From the NCBI RefSeq assembly GCF_009914755.1, contig NC_060930.1: a stretch of 64,000 nt of DNA; one strand, written 5' to 3'. Below, in pieces: positions 59,671-64,000 of the stretch. Below the pieces are notes generated by a model, which saw only the letters and a list, made by a program, of their open reading frames with translations, was not told the origin of the DNA and made no database searches. The position numbers and the translations under genes are program-made. This DNA is from the human T2T-CHM13v2.0 reference genome, Homo sapiens. Positions within the stretch are counted from its first letter, which is position 1. Each line of letters begins with the position of its first letter.

Positions 59671-62300
59671 TGCTGTCTGATCACCTTCGAAGCCTCCCGG
59701 GCCATCACGGACACTTTGGGTAACTCTTACAGTGGAGGGTAAGTCACCCTTCTTAATCAATATGGAGGCTACCAACTCCACATTACCTTCTTTTCAAAGG
59801 CCTATTTCCTTTGCCTCCATAACTGTTGTGGGTATTCATGGCCAGGCTTCTAAACCTCTTAAAACTCCCCAACTCTGGTGCCAACTTGGACAATATTCTT
59901 TTATGCACTCCTTTTTAGTTATCCCCACCTGCCCAGCTCCCTTATTAGGTCGAGACATTTTAACTAAATTATCTGCTTCCCTGACTAATCCTAGGCTACA
60001 GCCACATTTCGTTGCTGCCCTTTTCCCCAGTTCAAAGCCTCCTTCACGTCCTTCTCTTTTATCTCCTCACCTTAATCCACAGGTATGGGACACCTCTACT
60101 CCCTCCCTGGTGAACTATCCACGCCCATTACTATCCCATTAAAACCTAATCACCCTTACCCCGCTCAATGCCAGTATCCCATCCCACAGCATGCTTTAAA
60201 AGGATTAAATCCTGTTATCACTCACCTGTTACAGCATGGCCTTTTAAAGCCTATAAACTCTCCTTACAATTCCCCCATTTTACCTGTCCAAAAACCAGAT
60301 AAGCCTTACAGGTTAGTTCAGGATCTGCGCCATATCGACCAAATTGTTTTGCCTATCCACCCTGTGGTGCCAAACCCATATACTCTCCTATCCTCAATAC
60401 CTCCCTCCACAACCCATTATTCTGTTCTAGATAAACCTAGCTGACCCCATAGATCCTAAATCCTTTCTCCTCTCCCCTTTCCATTCCTTAAAACACAGCT
60501 CCCACACTAGCTCTCCATGACTCATCCCGACCCTTTTCATTACACACAGCCGAAGTGCAGGGCTGTACAGTCAGAATTCTTACACAAGGACCAGGACCGC
60601 ACCCTGTAGCCTTTTTGTCCAAACAACTTGACTTACTGTTTTAGGCTGGCCATCATGTCTCCGTGCAGTGGCTGCCACTGCCCTAATACTTTTACAGGCC
60701 CTCAAAATCACAAACTATGCTCAACTCACTCTCTACAGTTCTCATAAATCTATTTTCTTCCTCACATCTAACACGTATACTTTCTGCTCCCCGGCTCCTT
60801 CAGCTGTACTCATTCTTTGTTGAGTCTCCCACAGTTACCATTGTTCCTGGCCAGGACTTCAATCCAGCCTCCCACATTATTCCTGATACCACACCTGACC
60901 CCCATGACTGTATCTCTCTGATCCACCTGACATTCACCCCATTTCCCCGTATTTCCTTCTTTCCTGTTCCTCACCCTGATCACACTTGGTTTATTGATGG
61001 TAGTTCTACCAGGCCTAATTGCCACACACCAGCAAAGGCAGGCTATGCTATAGTATCTTCCACATCTATCATTGAGGCTACTGCTCTGCCCCTCTCCACT
61101 ACCTCTCAGCAAGCTGAACTCATTGCCTTAACTCGAGCCCTCACTTTTGCAAAGGGACTACATGTCAATATTTATACAACTCTAAATATGCCTTCCATAT
61201 CCTGCACCACCATATTGTTATATGGGCAAAAAGAGGTTTCCTCACTACGCAAGGGTCCTCTGTCATTAATGCCTCTTTAATAAAAACTCTTCTCAAGGCC
61301 GCTTTACTTCCAAAGGAAGCTGGAGTCATTTACTCCAAGGGCCATCAAAAGGCGTCAGATCCCATCGCTCAGGGCAATGCTTTTGCTGATAAGGTAGCTA
61401 AAGAAGCAGCTAGCATTCCAAATTCTGTCCCTCACGGCCAATTTTTCTCATTCTCATGGGTCACTCCCACCTACTCTCCTGCTGAAACTTCTACCTATCA
61501 GTCTCTTCCCACACAAGGCAAATGGTTCTTGGACCAAGGAAAATATCTCCTAACAGCCTCACAGGCCCATTCTATTCTGCTGTCATTTCATAACCTCTTC
61601 CATGTAAGTTACAAGCTGCTAGCCCACCTCTTAGAACCTCTCATTTCCTTTCCATCGTGGAAATCTATCCTCAAGGAAATCACTTCTTAGTGTTCCATCT
61701 GCTATTCTACTACTCCTCAGGGAGTGTTCAGGCTCCCTCCCCTCCCTACACATCAAGCTCAGGGATTTGCCCCTGCCCAGGACTGGCAAATTGACTTTAC
61801 TCACATGCCCCAAGTCAGGAAACTAAAATACCTCTTGGTCTGGGTAGACACTTTCACTGGATGGGTAGAGGCCTTTCCAACAGGGTCTGAGAAGGCCACT
61901 GCGGTCATTTCTTCCCTTCTGTCAGACATAATTCCTCGCTTTGGCCTTCCCACCTCTATACAGTCCAATAACAGACTGGCCTTTATTAGTCAAATCACCC
62001 AAGCAGTTTCTCAGGCTCTTGGTATTCAGTGGAACCTTCATACCCCTTACCATCCTCAATCTTCAGAAAAAGTAAAACAGACTAATAGTCTTTTAAAGAC
62101 ACACCTCACCAAGCTCAGCCTCCAACTTAAAAAGACTGGACAGTACTTTTACCACTTGCCCTTCTCAGAATTCGGGCCTGTCCTCGGAATGCTGCAGGAT
62201 ACAGCCCATTTGAGCTCCTGTATGGATGCTCCTTTTTATTAGGCCCCAGTCTTATTCCAGACACCAGCCCAACTCGGACTGCACCCCAAAAACTTGTCAT
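59671..62300 (+). pseudogene. HERV-H pro-pol remnant (defective)
   Basis: Protease active site degenerate (INMEAT for IDTGA); RT core deleted after THYSVLD (~60432); frameshifts; integrase second Asp and Glu lost (SNNR, VKQ). Confidence 0.9.
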
Positions 62301-62470
62301 CCCTTCTATCTTCTGTCTAGTCATACTCCTATTCACCATTCTCAACTACTCATAAATGCCCTGCTCTTGTTTACACTGCCGGTTTACACTGTTTCTCCAA
62401 GCCGTCACAGCTGGTATCTCCTGGTGCTATCCCCAGACCGCCACTCTTAACTCCCTCTTAAAGTAAATAA

Positions 62471-64000
62471 ATAATATTTGCTGGCAGGGCACACTCCAAT
62501 ACTTTCACCCTGATGAAGTCCTATTCTTTACTTTTATACTCACTCCTATTCTTGTTCCCATTTTTATGCCACCCTCTACCTCTCCCCAGCTAGCTCCACC
62601 ACACTATCAATCTCATTCACTCTCTCCTAGCCGTTTCTAATCCCTCATCAAACCATTGCTGAATTTGCATTTCCCTTTCTTCCTGCGCCTACACAGCTGT
62701 CCCCGCCTTACATACAGACTGGGCAACCTCTCCTATCTCCCTACACCTCCAAACTTCCTTTAACAGCCCTCACCTTTACCTTCCTAAAGAACTTCTTTAC
62801 TTTCTAGACAGGTCCAGCAAGACTTCCCCAGACATTTCACTTCAGCAAGCTGCCGCCCTCCTCCACACTTACTTAAAAAACCTTTCTCCTTATATCAACT
62901 CTACTCCCCCCATATTTGGACCCCTCACAACACAAACTACTATTCCTGTGGCCGTTCCTTTATGTATCTCTCGGCAAAGACCCACTGGAATTCCCCTAGG
63001 TAATCTTTCACCTTCTCGATGTTCCTTTACTCTTCATCTCCGAAGCCCAACTACACACATCACTGAAACAATTGGAGCCTCCCAGCTCTGTATTACAGAT
63101 AAGCCCTCTATCAATACTGGCAAACTTAAACACATTAGCAGTTATTATTGCTTAGGAAGACACTTACCCTGTATTTCACTCCATCCTTGGCTACCTTCCC
63201 CTTGCTTGTCAGACTCTCCTCCCAGGCCCTCTTCTTGTTTGCTTATACTCAGCCCCGTAAATAACAGTGAAAGGTTGCTCGTAGACACTCAAAGTTTTCT
63301 CATACACCATGAAAATCAAACCTCCCCCTCTACGTAGTTACCCCATCAGTCCCCATTACAACCTCTGACGGCTGCCGCCCTAGCTGGATCCCTAGGAGTC
63401 TGGGTACAAGACACCTCTTTCAGCACTCCTTCTCATCTTTTTACTTTGCATTTCCGGTTTTGCTCCGCACAAGGTCTCTTCTTCCTCTGTGGATCCTCTA
63501 CCTACATGTGTCTACCTGCTAATTGGACAGGCACATGCACACTAGTTTTCCTTACTCCCAAAATCAATTTGCAAATGGGACTGAACATCTTCCTGTTCCC
63601 CTCATGACACCGACACAACAAAAAAGAGTTATTCCGCTAATTCCCTTGCTTGTCGGTTTAGGACTTTCTGCCTCCACTATTGCTCTCGGTACTGGAATAG
63701 TAGGCATTTCAACCTCTGTCACGACCTTCCATAGCCTCTCTAATGACTTCTCTGCTAGCATCACACACATATCACAAACTTTATCAGTCCTTCAGGCCCA
63801 AGTTGACTCTTTAGCTGCAGTTGTCCTCCAAAACCACCGAGGCCTTGACTTACTCACTGCTGAAAAAGGAGGACTCTGTATATTTTTTAATGAAGAGTGT
63901 TGTTTTTACCTAAATCAATCTGGCCTGGTGTATGACAACATAAAAGAACTCAAGGATAGAGGCCAAAAACTCGCCAACCAAGCAAGTAATTACTCTGAAC
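62471..64000 (+). pseudogene. HERV-H env, not deleted but inactivated
   Basis: First ATG reads ATA (62471); ATG 62513 MKSYSLLLYSLL; in-frame stops at 62591, 62660 and 63335; 1-nt frameshift ~63563. Cleavage-site region QQKR|VIPL, ISD LQNHRGLDLLTAEKGGL and CX6CC retained. Confidence 0.92.

Noticed and set aside
62471-63600. HERV-H env as an intact, syncytin-like captured gene
   Set aside because: Three in-frame stops, a frameshift, and the CWLC motif broken to C*IC.

Overview
Human genomic DNA from the centromeric (extended class II) end of the MHC on 6p21.32, recognised from the spliced translations. The window holds WDR46 (5' ten coding exons, minus) head-to-head with PFDN6 (plus). A tightly packed minus-strand run follows: RGL2, TAPBP (tapasin), ZBTB22, DAXX and SMIM40. 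Two mirtrons (MIR6873, MIR6834) lie in introns. After the genes come a ~20 kb Alu-saturated tract with a MYL12B processed pseudogene, and an endogenous-retrovirus composite at the right end. Exon boundaries were read from GT/AG junctions and give the expected protein lengths (PFDN6 129, RGL2 777, TAPBP 448, ZBTB22 634, DAXX 740 aa). Most of the window is well-known biology and I see no clearly new gene system. The most unusual structure is 58.5-64 kb: an LTR with a tRNA-Trp-type primer-binding site and splice donor, joined through a half-Alu to a 5'-LTR-less HERV-H body that has pol deletions but an undeleted (mutated) env. Also notable are upstream ORFs at four consecutive genes, including one whose stop overlaps the TAPBP start codon (AUGA). 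Repeat boundaries are approximate.
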